In this document: in pieces, positions 1 through 10,361 of the stretch
Position numbering within the stretch: the stretch's first letter is position 1
Layout of the letters: each line of letters begins with the position of its first letter
Origin: Bryobacterales bacterium
GTDB lineage: Bacteria; Acidobacteriota; Terriglobia; Bryobacterales; Bryobacteraceae
Reading direction: 5' to 3'
Assembly (NCBI GenBank): GCA_963764105.1
Contig: CAVXRP010000011.1
Span: 70,851 to 134,850, forward strand
Length of the DNA: 64,000 bases
Made by a program: the position numbers and the translations under genes
The notes under the pieces: generated by a model
Database searches by the model: none
The model's input: the letters and a program-made list of their open reading frames with translations, nothing else
Told to the model about the DNA's origin: nothing

Positions 1-38
1 CTGGCGCTTTGCCGTAGGATAGAGGATCAGTTTGGGGG

Positions 39-1022
39 ATGGAAAAAACCTTGCGGCTTTGTTGTCTAACGCTGGTCTTCTGCTTGGTCGCGCTAAGTGG
101 TGGCGCGGCAACATTTCCGCAAGCGGAAATTTCAAACGGACTGATCAAAGCAAAGATTTTGCTGCCTGATCCCGAGCGCGGCTATTATCGTGGCAGCCGT
201 TTCGATTGGGATGGCGTGATTGAAAAGCTCACTTACCAGGGCCACGACTTCTTTGGGCAATGGTTTGAACATTACGACCCCACCTCTCATGACGCCATTA
301 TGGGACCGGTGGAAGAGTTTCGCGGCGACGAAGGAGCGTTGGGTTACAACGAGGCGAAAGCCGGTGGTTATTTCATCAAAATCGGTATTGGCATTCTGCG
401 AAAGCCGGACGACGAAAAATACCAGTTTTTTCGAACCTATCCCATTGTGAGCACCGGCAAGCGCATTGTCACGCCGGAAGCGGACCGTGTGATCTTCCGG
501 CAGGAGTTGAACAACGGTGAAGGTTACGCCTATGTGTACAAAAAGACGGTGCGGCTGGCGCGCGCCAAAGCGGAGCTGGTGATTGAGCATTCACTGAAGA
601 ATGTGGGACGCCGGGTGATTGACACCACCGTGTACAACCATGATTTCTACATGATCGACGGGCAACCAGCGGGGCCGGCCTACCGCGTGGTGTTTGCGTT
701 TGCGCCGCATGCGCAAGACGATCTGCAGGGTCTGGCGGAAATGCGCGGGAATGAACTGGCTTACACCCGTGAACTGAAGGCCGAAGGAGAATCGGTGGCA
801 ACGGCGGTGACGGGGTTTGGCAGCACGCCGAAGGATAACGATTTGATTGTGGAGAATGCGAAGGTGAAGGCGGGTGTACGCGAGATTGGCAATCGGCCGT
901 TATCGTCTTTGTATTTCTGGTCGATCCGTTCGACGGTTTGCCCGGAGGGTTATATCCACATGCGGATTGAGCCGGGGAAAACGTTTAATTGGAAAATTGT
1001 CTATCGGTTTTACACTTTGTGA
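39..1022 (+). CDS. hypothetical exported protein
   Basis: 327-aa ORF with an N-terminal signal-like segment (LRLCCLTLVFCLVALSGGAA). No family recognised by eye. Confidence 0.55.
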   Translation: MEKTLRLCCLTLVFCLVALSGGAATFPQAEISNGLIKAKILLPDPERGYYRGSRFDWDGVIEKLTYQGHDFFGQWFEHYDPTSHDAIMGPVEEFRGDEGALGYNEAKAGGYFIKIGIGILRKPDDEKYQFFRTYPIVSTGKRIVTPEADRVIFRQELNNGEGYAYVYKKTVRLARAKAELVIEHSLKNVGRRVIDTTVYNHDFYMIDGQPAGPAYRVVFAFAPHAQDDLQGLAEMRGNELAYTRELKAEGESVATAVTGFGSTPKDNDLIVENAKVKAGVREIGNRPLSSLYFWSIRSTVCPEGYIHMRIEPGKTFNWKIVYRFYTL

Positions 1023-1040
1023 GCAAGCCCGGTCTGTGTT

Positions 1041-2162
1041 TCAACTAACCGGAACAAATAAGAAGGATACCGGCGAAGGCATATCAAAGCTGCGATTAGT
1101 GAGGGCCAATTTGCCAGTGGCTTGATCGACAGTGAACAAGATAAATTTGTTCTGTTTCTGATCTCCCACAAAGAGAAGCTTGCCAGAGGGATCGAGTTCG
1201 ACGCCGCGCGGCTGGCTGCCACCAGTTTCGATGACTTGAATGCGAGATAGTTTGCCGGTGGCGTGGTCGACGGCAAATACGGCTATGGCGCCGTATTCGC
1301 GGTTGGAGGCGTACACGTAGTTGCCGGCGCGATCCAGCAGAATCTCGGCCGGATTGCTGACGCCTTTGAAGCCATCCGGCACGGAAGGAATGCTCTGTAG
1401 ATGAGTTAGAGCGCCAGTGGAAGGGTCGCGCGCGAAAACTCCCACTTGCGGAATGAGCTCATGCACTACATAAGCGAACTTGCCATCGTGGCTGAGCACA
1501 ATGTGGCGCGGTCCGGAACCAGGATCGGTTTGCGCGAACGGCGGATCGTTCGGTATTAGCTTGGCATGTTTGGCATCCACTTTGTAGATGCGGATCTCAT
1601 CCAAGCCCAGATCTGGCACGTAGGCGAATTTATTATCGGCCGAGAATACGGTTTCGTGCGCGTGCGGACCCTCCTGGCGCTCTTTGTTCGGACCGGTTCC
1701 GGTGGCCGTCATGAGTACGGATAGCTCGCCCAGCTTCCCGTCACGCCCAATGGGAAATGCGGGCACGCTGCCGGAGGTGTAATTCGCAGCGATCAGCATT
1801 TTGCCGGTATGATCCACCGCCAAATGACAGGGCGCTAAACCATCGGACGAACGGCTGTTCAGATCGGTTAATGCTCCTGTGGCTCGATTGATGGCGAAGC
1901 CGGCGACCGCGCCCGGTTTGTCGCCTTCCAATTCGCTCGCGGCGTAAAGATATTTGTAGTCGCGATCGGAAGCGAGAAAGGAGGGGTTCGTCACTTTGCC
2001 GACTAAACCCAAGGGAGCTAATGTGCCCGACGGTGCATCGTAGCGGTACGCGTGGATGCCTTCGCCGTAAGTGCCGACATACACAAAATAGTTGGAGTTG
2101 GAAGAAGAGTTCAAGATTGTCCCAGCCATGATGGCCAGCAGAGTGGCCATTTTCAGTTTCAT
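1041..2162 (-). CDS. lactonase family protein (7-bladed beta-propeller, 6-phosphogluconolactonase-like)
   Basis: 373 aa with a signal peptide. Repeated propeller blades and motifs typical of COG2706-type lactonases (YVGTYG, GPRH, repeated D..G..LY). Its start overlaps the stop of the upstream ORF as ATGA (2159-2162). Confidence 0.8.
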   Translation of the reverse strand: MKLKMATLLAIMAGTILNSSSNSNYFVYVGTYGEGIHAYRYDAPSGTLAPLGLVGKVTNPSFLASDRDYKYLYAASELEGDKPGAVAGFAINRATGALTDLNSRSSDGLAPCHLAVDHTGKMLIAANYTSGSVPAFPIGRDGKLGELSVLMTATGTGPNKERQEGPHAHETVFSADNKFAYVPDLGLDEIRIYKVDAKHAKLIPNDPPFAQTDPGSGPRHIVLSHDGKFAYVVHELIPQVGVFARDPSTGALTHLQSIPSVPDGFKGVSNPAEILLDRAGNYVYASNREYGAIAVFAVDHATGKLSRIQVIETGGSQPRGVELDPSGKLLFVGDQKQNKFILFTVDQATGKLALTNRSFDMPSPVSFLFVPVS

Positions 2163-2611
2163 TTTGCGTCCTTGCGCTTCTTGTCGCGGAGCGATTTGTG
2201 CAATATCAATTCGATGTGAACTTGCGGCATATCCATCACGAGAGATTTCGTTTGCGTGTCAACCTGGATTGTATAAGGACCATCGCGCGTGCCGAATTCA
2301 TCAAAGAACGCCAATTGATCGTCTTCCAGTGTATACGTTCCGTGGCGAGGCACGGCTTGGCCCTGGATTTTCACTTCCTGACTGAATTTGTTGTCGGTGG
2401 AAAACGTGAGCCGGCCGCTACACGTATCGGGATGGAGTTTGCCGTCGAAACAATCGTGATCGGTGCGCATCCCGTTGTCGGTCATCTTCAAGTATTCCCA
2501 GCCGGCGGGATCTTGAAACATCTTGAGCTGGTCGCGGCTCAGGTCGGAAAAGCCAGAGAGCGCAGCGGCCCCGGCCAACAAGAGAGTCACGCGAAAGGTT
2601 CTGGACAGCAT
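2159..2611 (-). CDS. hypothetical secreted protein
   Basis: 150 aa with a signal-like N-terminus (VTLLLAGAAALSG). Translationally coupled (ATGA overlap) to the lactonase gene. Confidence 0.5.
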   Translation of the reverse strand: MLSRTFRVTLLLAGAAALSGFSDLSRDQLKMFQDPAGWEYLKMTDNGMRTDHDCFDGKLHPDTCSGRLTFSTDNKFSQEVKIQGQAVPRHGTYTLEDDQLAFFDEFGTRDGPYTIQVDTQTKSLVMDMPQVHIELILHKSLRDKKRKDAK

Positions 2612-2631
2612 ATTTCATTTTCGCTCTTCCA

Positions 2632-3234
2632 CTAAAACAAGTGCCCCATCTTTTCGCGCTTTGTCTTGAGATACTCGGCAGTCGTATCCAGGGCGGGGGC
2701 GATGATGGGCGTTCGTTCAACCACCTCAATGCCCGCTTTTTCCAATGCCGCAATCTTTTCGGGGTTGTTGGAGAGCAGGCGAACTTTAGGAATTTTGAAG
2801 TAATTGACAATGGCGGCCGGAAGGGCGTAGTCGCGGAGATCGGCAGCGAAGCCAAGTTTCTCATTGGCCTCGACGGTATCCAGGCCCTGGTCCTGCAGTT
2901 CGTAGGCACGCAACTTGTTCAGAAGTCCGATGCCGCGACCTTCCTGGTGCTCGTAAATGAAGAGTCCGCGGCCTTCGCCGACAACTTTGTCGAGGGAGAT
3001 TTCGAGCTGGGAGCGGCAATCGCAGCGCAGGCTGTGAAACACATCGCCCGTCAGACATTCTGAGTGAATACGGACGAGCGGTGCCCCCAGAGCAGGGTTG
3101 AGATCCCCTAGGGCAAGAACCACCGCTTCTTCAGTTTCAGTGGAGCGAATGGCGGCAAAGCCGAAAATCCGGAACTTGCCGAAGCGAGTCGGGAAATCGG
3201 CTTCTGCTACTTTATTGAGCTTTAGATCGGACAA
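2632..3234 (-). CDS. ribA: GTP cyclohydrolase II
   Basis: RIHSECLTGDVFHSLRCDCRSQLE zinc/GTP motif, EHQEGRGIGLLNKLRAYELQDQGLDTVEAN, and LLSNNPEK. Length of 200 aa is typical. Confidence 0.9.
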   Translation of the reverse strand: MSDLKLNKVAEADFPTRFGKFRIFGFAAIRSTETEEAVVLALGDLNPALGAPLVRIHSECLTGDVFHSLRCDCRSQLEISLDKVVGEGRGLFIYEHQEGRGIGLLNKLRAYELQDQGLDTVEANEKLGFAADLRDYALPAAIVNYFKIPKVRLLSNNPEKIAALEKAGIEVVERTPIIAPALDTTAEYLKTKREKMGHLF

Positions 3235-3258
3235 CCTCTATTATAGAAGCCAAAGCTC

Positions 3259-4626
3259 ATGCTGAACCAAGATCAGCTGGCGGCGCTATTGCTGAAGATC
3301 GCGGTGTCGACTTCGCTAGCCAGCATCGTGATGCGCTTTGGGCCGATGCAGCGCATGCTGCTGCGCGACGATAGAACGCTGCGCGAACGGCTGCAACTGG
3401 CGTTCATTTTCGCGCTGCTGTTTGGGGCCAGCGCGGAGTTTCGGATCTTAAGTCACGATAAGTACCAGGCTGTCGATCTGGCGCTGGAAGGCTCGGTGAT
3501 TGCGGGCATTTTGGGCGGCTACGTGAGCGGGTTAATCACAGGGATGTGCGCGTCGCTTCCCGATATGTTCAATGACAAGTGGATGTCGATGGCCCTTTAT
3601 AGTGCGGCGGGCCTCATTGGCGCCTTGATTCACGATCTGGCGCCGCGGCGCGAGGACATATGGTCGTTTTCACCCTTCGTCGATTTAAATCTTTGGCGGC
3701 TGTTTCGCCAGCTCTTGCGCTTGAAGCGCGACGTGATCCAAAGGCGCTTACTTGAACTGGCGGCGTTTAACTTAACGTGCAATTTTCTAGTGGTGCTGGT
3801 GGAAGGGCTGCGTTGGGGCGTGAGGGGAATGTTTCAGGTGCATGGCACGTTCTTCCTATTCGAGTATCCACCTGCGAACTACTGGGTATTTCTCTATTGC
3901 GCTGCCACCACGCTGTTTGCCGTTTCCTTGCCGATTCGCGTGTGGAGCAGTTACCGGGCCGAGCGCCAATTGGAAACACAGCAAGCGCGACTAACTGAAG
4001 CACGGCTGGCGGCATTGACCAACCAGATCAATCCGCACTTTCTGTTCAATACGTTGAATTCAATCGCAACGCTCATTCGGATCAATCCAGACAACGCGCG
4101 CAACATGATTTACCGGCTTTCCAAGATTCTGCGGCGGCTCCTGCGGAAGACTGAGAACTATTCGCCGCTGCGGGAAGAGATCGCGTTCATTGACGATTAC
4201 CTGGCGATAGAAATGGTGCGCTTCGGCGAGAAGCTCAAATTCCAGAAGGACATCGAAACCGCTACGTTAAGCCGCCTCGTGCCAAGCATGATTTTGCAAC
4301 CCATTATCGAGAACTCAATCCGCCATGGTTTGGCGAGCAAGGTGGATGGCGGCACGGTGCGGTTAAGGGCATGGCTGGACGGGACTCGGTTGAACATTTC
4401 GGTGGAGGACGATGGCGTGGGCATTGACGAGGACAAGCTGGGGGCGCTGTTTGAATCGGGTATTGGCGTGAGCAATGTCAACGAGCGGTTGCGGGTGTTG
4501 TTTGGTTTCGGCTACCGGATGACGGTAGATAGTACGCCTGGCGGGGGTACGAAAACGCGGATTGAAATACCGGAATTGGAAGATGTGGGAGACGCGGTGC
4601 CGGCCGCCACAGTTTTTCGCGGGTAG
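3259..4626 (+). CDS. sensor histidine kinase, LytS/YehU family
   Basis: Multi-TM N-terminal half. His-kinase motif QINPHFLFNTLNSI and a C-terminal HATPase region (DDGVGI, GIGVSNVNERL). No adjacent LytTR response regulator. Confidence 0.85.
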   Translation: MLNQDQLAALLLKIAVSTSLASIVMRFGPMQRMLLRDDRTLRERLQLAFIFALLFGASAEFRILSHDKYQAVDLALEGSVIAGILGGYVSGLITGMCASLPDMFNDKWMSMALYSAAGLIGALIHDLAPRREDIWSFSPFVDLNLWRLFRQLLRLKRDVIQRRLLELAAFNLTCNFLVVLVEGLRWGVRGMFQVHGTFFLFEYPPANYWVFLYCAATTLFAVSLPIRVWSSYRAERQLETQQARLTEARLAALTNQINPHFLFNTLNSIATLIRINPDNARNMIYRLSKILRRLLRKTENYSPLREEIAFIDDYLAIEMVRFGEKLKFQKDIETATLSRLVPSMILQPIIENSIRHGLASKVDGGTVRLRAWLDGTRLNISVEDDGVGIDEDKLGALFESGIGVSNVNERLRVLFGFGYRMTVDSTPGGGTKTRIEIPELEDVGDAVPAATVFRG

Positions 4627-4676
4627 CTGAAACCTGGTAGCCAGAGGAAGCGTCCTCTAAGGCACTCGTTTGCTAG

Positions 4677-5093
4677 GTGGATCGGCCACAGGTGTCTTTG
4701 AGCGCGAATCGGAGAGCTTTTTTGCAAGTGTCAGCCGCCGTTTTAGGCTTGGCTGGCGATAGCTTTGCCCGGCAGGAGGAAAAACCCAAAGAGAAGGATA
4801 AGACGGTTTACACGCCAGGCGGCGACGTGAAAGCGCCCAAGGTGGTTCACTATGTCGAGCCGCAATTTTCCAGCTCGTCAAAAGAGGCATTTGTCGAAGG
4901 CGTGGTCAAACTAAAGACCACCGTCACGCCAGACGGGCTACCCAGCGATATCGAAGTCACCAAAGGCTTGAATACCGAAGAAAACCAAAGCGCGGTGGAG
5001 GCTGTAAAGCAATGGCGCTTTCAGCCTGGCACCAAGGCCGGCGAACCGGTTCATGTCCGGGTCAGCATCGAAATTGCCTTCAATCTGATGTGA
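4677..5093 (+). CDS. TonB C-terminal domain protein
   Basis: GTG start, NRRAFLQVSAAVLG signal/anchor, and a C-terminal TonB-like fold (PKVVHYVEPQFS ... AVEAVKQWRFQPG). Confidence 0.7.
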   Translation: MDRPQVSLSANRRAFLQVSAAVLGLAGDSFARQEEKPKEKDKTVYTPGGDVKAPKVVHYVEPQFSSSSKEAFVEGVVKLKTTVTPDGLPSDIEVTKGLNTEENQSAVEAVKQWRFQPGTKAGEPVHVRVSIEIAFNLM

Positions 5094-5095
5094 CG

Positions 5096-7849
5096 CTATT
5101 TGCTGGCGGTCGCAGCAGCGGCTTTCTTGAAGTCGCCGGCCTTGACGATGGAAATTCGATCCGGATCGATCACAGCGCGCATGGCGTCCAGCACCTGATC
5201 GGGCGTCAACTGGCGAACCTTGTTTTCCTGCTCTTCGTTGAAAGCGAAGGTGCGTCCGTCTTCTTGCTGGGTGACAAGCATTTGCGCTAACGACCGGTCG
5301 TCGCCGCGGCTAACCTGGCGCGACTGCAGCCAACCCACGCGATCATTATCCACTTCGCCGGGCGTGAAGCCGTCTTTCAAAGCTCGGGCCAATTCCTCCT
5401 TAAAGGCGGATTCGACTTTGGCAATATTCTGCGGAGCGGCGATTGCATACACCATGAATTCGCCATCGGGTTCATGAGACGATGCCGTCAGCCGCGAGCC
5501 AACGCCGTAGCTGAGGCCATCTTTCACGCGGATACGGGTGGCGAGACGGGAATTGAGGAAGCCGCCGCCGAGCATGTAGTTGCCGAAGACCAAGCCGGGA
5601 TAGTTGGGGTCGGTATCGGAAACATGAATCCGCTCGCCGGCCACGAAAATGGCATTTTGTTTATCCGGAGTTTCGATGGTTTTGTTGACCACCTCGGTCT
5701 TTTCAAAACCATATTTGATGCGTTCGAAGGGAGCGGCGTTCGTGAATGAGCCGAATAGTTCGCTGATTGCTTTCTTGGCTTCGGCCGGATCAAAATCACC
5801 CACAATGGACACGTCGGCATGATTCGCGCCATAAAACTGCTTATGGAAGGCGCGCGCCTCTTCCACTTTGAGTTTGCCAAGATCCTCAATCTCTTCTTCC
5901 ATGGAGACAGAACTGCGCACATCGCCGCGCGGATACGGGCGGATAATGCGGTTGAACTGGAGCGGCGCAATGGCCTGCGGTTCAGACTTGCTAAATTCCA
6001 GCCCGGTTAGCTCCTCTTTGCGAACCTCTTCAAATTCGCTTTCTGGAATCGTGGGTTTCTCGAGAATCTCGCTGGCAAGTTTCAGCACTGGGATCAAATT
6101 GGCGTGAACGGTTTCAATGGAAACGTTCGCGGTGGTGGCGCTGCCGCCGACATTCAGCTGCGCTTTCAGACGATCGATCTCATCCTGAATCTGCTGGCGA
6201 TTCATGCTGCTGGTGCCGCGAATAAGAGAGTTGGCGGTCATGGAGCCGAGTATGTCTTTGTTTTTCAGACTTTCCACAGTGCCGAAGTGAAGCGCGATTA
6301 CCGCATGCACGCTGGCGCCGCGCGTTTTCTTGGGCAGCAGGGCGACTTTCATGCCGTTCGGCAAGGTGAAGCGTTGCGTACGGGCGTCGATATTGGCGGG
6401 CGATGGATCAAACGCTTCGCCCTGCGCCATGGCGGCTTCGCCCTTATAATCTTTCACTTCGGCGGCGACATCGGTCTTGGCTGGGATGATGGCGCGATCC
6501 GGTTTGGCATCGGGAATGAACTCGCCGATGGTGCGGTTGGAGGGTTTCAAATAGGCAACGGCCACGCGCTTCACATCTTCCGGCGTAACGGCCTTGATGC
6601 GATCGCGATCGAGAAACAGCAGGCGCCAGTCGCCGCGCGAAATCCACTCACTCAAAAAGAGGCCGACCCTGTCGGAATCGCTCAAAGACAGATCGATGTT
6701 TTTCAGGAGCCGGGTCTTGGCGCGCTCTACTTCTTCTTTGCTGGGAGGTTCATTCGCCACCGCGGCAACGACGTTGAGCAAAGTGCCACGCGCGTCGTCG
6801 AGCGAGTCGGTCGTTCGAAGAATAGCGCCGGCTATCAGCAAGCCCGGTTCATCGAGATCCAAATGTTCCGTGAAGACCTCGCTCGCTTTCTTGTTATCGA
6901 CCAAAGACTTATACAGACGGCCCGAGGAAGGTTCGCCAAGTATGCCGGCGAGAACCTCAAGCGATGCGGAATCGGCGCTCCCGCTATCGGGCACGTGATA
7001 AGCCGCCATGATGCCTTGCACATCGCCAACGCGCCGGACGGTGGTGGTGCGTTCACCATCCTGCGGCGGCTCGACCGTATGGGTTGGCTCCAGAACGCGC
7101 GTGGGCCGCGGAATCTTACCGAAATAATCGTTCACCAGCGAAACAATCTGCGCTTCATCCACTTTGCCCGCAACCGTTAGGACAGCGTTATCGGGTTGGT
7201 AGAACTTGTGATAGAAGGCCTGGAGATCGGTAATGGGAACGCGTTCCACGTCCGAGCGGTTGCCAACGACAGGGCGGCCGTAGTTATGAGCGGTATACGC
7301 AGCTGCCATGGTGTGCTGAAAAAGGATGGCGAATGGATTGTTTTCGCCCGCTTCAAATTCATTGCGGACGACGGAGAATTCTTTGTCGAAATCCTCTTTC
7401 TTGATGAAAGAGTTGACCATGCGGTCGGACTCCAGATCGAGCGCCCAACGCAAATTGACATCCGAGGCTTGGAAGGTTTCGAAGTAGTTGGTGCGGTCCC
7501 AGGACGTGGTGCCGTTGGGGCGGGCGCCGTGCTCCGTTAGCTCCTGCGGAATGTTGGTATGCTTCGTGCTGCCTTTGAAGACCATGTGCTCAAGCAAGTG
7601 AGCCATGCCGCCTTCGCCGGACCCTTCATGACGCGAGCCGACGAGATACGTGATGTTGACCGTTATGGTGGCTTTCGATGGATCGGGAAAGACGAGGAGC
7701 TTCAGTCCGTTGTCGAATTGATATTGGGTGATGCCTTCGACAGAAGTGACCTTGGTGACACCCGCCGGCAGCGCGCCTTGGGCAACGCCGGATGGCGGAT
7801 AAAGATAAAAAATAGCAAACGCAATAAGGGCGAGAGCCGAATTCTTCAA
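5096..7849 (-). CDS. M16 family (pitrilysin-like) zinc peptidase, two tandem M16 units
   Basis: HLLEHMVFKGS (HxxEH) zinc motif and a duplicated M16 architecture. The ORF is open to 8110, but an in-frame TTG at 7849 is preceded by AGGAGG with a 6-nt spacer and followed by the signal-like LKNSALALIAFAIF. The start is therefore placed at 7849. Confidence 0.88.
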   Translation of the reverse strand: MKNSALALIAFAIFYLYPPSGVAQGALPAGVTKVTSVEGITQYQFDNGLKLLVFPDPSKATITVNITYLVGSRHEGSGEGGMAHLLEHMVFKGSTKHTNIPQELTEHGARPNGTTSWDRTNYFETFQASDVNLRWALDLESDRMVNSFIKKEDFDKEFSVVRNEFEAGENNPFAILFQHTMAAAYTAHNYGRPVVGNRSDVERVPITDLQAFYHKFYQPDNAVLTVAGKVDEAQIVSLVNDYFGKIPRPTRVLEPTHTVEPPQDGERTTTVRRVGDVQGIMAAYHVPDSGSADSASLEVLAGILGEPSSGRLYKSLVDNKKASEVFTEHLDLDEPGLLIAGAILRTTDSLDDARGTLLNVVAAVANEPPSKEEVERAKTRLLKNIDLSLSDSDRVGLFLSEWISRGDWRLLFLDRDRIKAVTPEDVKRVAVAYLKPSNRTIGEFIPDAKPDRAIIPAKTDVAAEVKDYKGEAAMAQGEAFDPSPANIDARTQRFTLPNGMKVALLPKKTRGASVHAVIALHFGTVESLKNKDILGSMTANSLIRGTSSMNRQQIQDEIDRLKAQLNVGGSATTANVSIETVHANLIPVLKLASEILEKPTIPESEFEEVRKEELTGLEFSKSEPQAIAPLQFNRIIRPYPRGDVRSSVSMEEEIEDLGKLKVEEARAFHKQFYGANHADVSIVGDFDPAEAKKAISELFGSFTNAAPFERIKYGFEKTEVVNKTIETPDKQNAIFVAGERIHVSDTDPNYPGLVFGNYMLGGGFLNSRLATRIRVKDGLSYGVGSRLTASSHEPDGEFMVYAIAAPQNIAKVESAFKEELARALKDGFTPGEVDNDRVGWLQSRQVSRGDDRSLAQMLVTQQEDGRTFAFNEEQENKVRQLTPDQVLDAMRAVIDPDRISIVKAGDFKKAAAATASK

Positions 7850-7855
7850 GTGCAG

Positions 7856-7861
7856 CCTCCT
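7856..7861 (-). promoter_or_regulatory. Shine-Dalgarno AGGAGG for the M16 peptidase TTG start
   Basis: CCTCCT on the plus strand equals AGGAGG on the minus strand, 6 nt upstream of the in-frame TTG at 7849-7847. Confidence 0.5.
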
Positions 7862-8427
7862 AGGCAAGAACGGAACTTCTAGTTTAGCGATACGGAATGG
7901 AAGGGAGAATCTGGAATATAGAACCCTGAAGAGAGACGTTAGAACGGGGCGTTCGTGAGGGGGCGGAACGGGAAAAACTGGGTATTTGGTCGCCCCTATA
8001 AAAATAAGAAGTGAAACGCGACAGAAACCCCCTCTTTTTTCCCTATTAGGGGCGAAGGATGCGCGGGTCGGGTGTGGCGTTTTCGTAGATTGCGAGGCTG
8101 TGGTCTTCATAAAACGTGTTTTGGGCGATTGCGTAAGGACCGCCTACGAAGAAAGCGTAGAACGGGGCAGGAGTGGACGGGCGGCGGATGGGAGTGGGAA
8201 ATGGAGGTAAGTGGTTGATCGGGATGGGTTAGAGGGAAATGAAATATTTTTGTGGGGTTGTGAACGGTTTTTTGGTGGGTTTGGAATGGAGGACCGGATT
8301 TTGGAATCGGAACGGACGTCCGAGATCGCGGCGTGTGGCTCGCGTTTGCCTTTTCGAGACAGGCGCCCTGGGCGTAGCCAGCAAAATTGAGGTTGAGCCG
8401 CGAAAGGGTTTTTCGTAGGCTTGAACT

Positions 8428-8652
8428 ATGGAAGTGCAATTCAGCCCAGACGTGCAAGCGCGGCTCGCGCAACGAGCCACACAAGAGGGCATGAACCCGG
8501 ATGAGGTTGTGCGCGATGTTGTGGCGCGTTATTTCAAAGAAGAAGACCGTTTTGTTGAAGCCGTTACACGAGGCGAGGCAGCTTTAGAGCGTGGCGAATT
8601 TCTCACGCACGAACAGGTAGGCAACCGCCTGCGGCGCGTTCTCAAACCCTGA
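8428..8652 (+). CDS. type II antitoxin (ribbon-helix-helix / ParD-like)
   Basis: 74 aa. Its stop overlaps the start of the downstream ParE-like ORF (TGATG at 8650-8654). Small acidic C-terminus, typical antitoxin position. Confidence 0.65.
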   Translation: MEVQFSPDVQARLAQRATQEGMNPDEVVRDVVARYFKEEDRFVEAVTRGEAALERGEFLTHEQVGNRLRRVLKP

Positions 8653-8920
8653 TGAAAATCAGGTGGTCTGTACCCGCCGCCGAAGACCTAGAGCGCAGAT
8701 GCGAGTGGATTGAACGCGACAACCCGGAAGCGGCCATGCGTGTTGCCACGATCATCTATGCAGGTTGCTCACAGCTTGAAGATTTTCCGAACATGGGAGG
8801 CAAAGCCGCATACCCGGACGCCGCGTGCTTCCTTTTCCGCCATTGCCTTATGTTGTTGTCTATCAGGTGAGAGGCGATGCTGTCGAAATCTCCCGCATCT
8901 TTCTCGGCGCACAGGACTGG
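8652..8920 (+). pseudogene. ParE/RelE-family toxin, frameshifted
   Basis: The N-terminal half is in one frame (WSVPAAEDLERRCEWIERDNPEAAMRVATIIYAGCSQLEDFPNMG). The C-terminal half is in another frame (PFPPLPYVVVYQVRGDAVEISRIFLGAQDW). The frame switch lies near 8810-8830. Confidence 0.65.
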
Positions 8921-8921
8921 C

Positions 8922-9446
8922 TTAAGCCTTGGTTGCCGCTTGCTGATGGAAGGCTTCGAGGGTCGGTTTTTCAAAATCGCCGTACCAGATACAGTTCAAG
9001 TTTGACGTGCAAGAGCTTTGCCGCAAGTAGGGCGACATTTGATAGCCCATCATCATGCGGAAAAGTACACCACGAGCCAAGGACCTGAAATTAATACACC
9101 CGTTTTCGATGAAACCAGCCAGGTGGAAGAAGCTCTTGCGGGAAGCTTCGGCACTGCCCACGATCACGAGAACGGCCATGTCACCCGGTAAGGGTATTTC
9201 ACCCATAGGCGCTCACTTTAGCGCGAAGACTTTCCTAGCAGCGCGACCAATGCGACGGCGCGCCAATCGATAGTACCGATAAACGCCGAAGTCGACGGCA
9301 ATCCACTTTGGCGAATGGGGCATGTCAGGTTCTAAGCGAACGCCGAGCAATCCTATTGGACGCGACGCGCATACGCTACGGTGGGCCGGAACATTCTGGC
9401 TTCCCTTGAGCCGCTGATCCATAGGGTTGTCAGCGATCCTGGACAA
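8922..9446 (-). pseudogene. hypothetical protein interrupted by an in-frame TGA
   Basis: ORFs 9213..9446 and 8922..9206 are in the same frame, separated only by TGA (9213-9215) plus two codons (..RKVFALK*APMGEIPLPGD..). No family recognised. Confidence 0.35.
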
Positions 9447-9467
9447 GCGGCTGGGGTATAAAGACTT

Positions 9468-10361
9468 TCATTGCGACTTGTAGAGAAACACAACCCCACG
9501 CTCGAACATCGCCGACCATGACCTTCCATCATGTGTTCCGCTCTGCTCCACCACACTCTCTACTTTGGCTTTCGCCATGTACGCAGTCTCGATATTCCTA
9601 ACGAGCGCCTGAAACATCCCGACCAATCCGGAGTTGAGAAGCGGCTGACCGGGAACTTCGTTTGTTCCCATGCTCAGGAAGACCTTACTTGGGGCCGCGA
9701 CGAGAAAGTCGGTATCCCGCAACAATTGCCCGTTGCCGACCTGTAGCGCAGGGCTCTCGATGATTCCCGCGCCGAACAAGTCCGGACGCATCAGCAAAGT
9801 GTAGAAGGCCGCGATGGCGCCATATGATGCGCCGCCCAGGGATGTGTATTTCGGGCCGGACTGGGTGCGATAGTTGATGTTGATGAATGGTAATACTTCA
9901 TTTCCGAGGAATTCAGGAAACTGCTTCCCGGCCGGCTCTGGCATTGTGGGGTAGACAACGACATCCTTGTAGGGAAGATACTCATGCATTCGTTCCTGCT
10001 CACCTAGGCTGTCGATGCCAACTACGATCGCCGGTTCGACAGAATGTCGCCGAAGCAGATCGGTCATTATTTCATCGACATGCCACTCAGTGGAATCGGA
10101 GGCGGTGCAGGCATCAAACAGATCTTGGCCATCCAGTAAATACAGGACCGGATATCGCCGGCTCACTTCTTCGACATAGTGAGGCGGGAGCCAGATCCGG
10201 AGTTTCCGTGTATTCCCAAAGACTCTGCTTTTCAGCGAACGAATGTCGAGCCGTCCAGTGACCGTCGAGCGACAAGTCGCCTCAGCGGTCTTGCCGGACG
10301 TCGGAGCAGAAAGCATAATACATGCGCCCACAAACCAAGTAGTGAGGAACTTTGCATACAT
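9468..10361 (-). CDS. alpha/beta hydrolase, putative esterase family (enterochelin-esterase-like)
   Basis: YPVLYLLDGQDLFD and GGASYGAIAAF (GxSxG nucleophile elbow). The ORF is open to 10655, but the internal ATG at 10361 precedes a signal-like MYAKFLTTWFVGACIMLSAPTSG. Confidence 0.75.
   Translation of the reverse strand: MYAKFLTTWFVGACIMLSAPTSGKTAEATCRSTVTGRLDIRSLKSRVFGNTRKLRIWLPPHYVEEVSRRYPVLYLLDGQDLFDACTASDSTEWHVDEIMTDLLRRHSVEPAIVVGIDSLGEQERMHEYLPYKDVVVYPTMPEPAGKQFPEFLGNEVLPFININYRTQSGPKYTSLGGASYGAIAAFYTLLMRPDLFGAGIIESPALQVGNGQLLRDTDFLVAAPSKVFLSMGTNEVPGQPLLNSGLVGMFQALVRNIETAYMAKAKVESVVEQSGTHDGRSWSAMFERGVVFLYKSQ

Noticed and set aside
6104-7180. 358-aa plus-strand ORF.
   Set aside because: It lies entirely antisense to the well-supported M16 peptidase gene, so it is a shadow ORF.
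9213-9215. In-frame TGA as a selenocysteine codon.
   Set aside because: The protein family is unknown, there is no obvious SECIS-like hairpin immediately downstream by eye, and the window is rich in other lesions. A nonsense mutation is more parsimonious.
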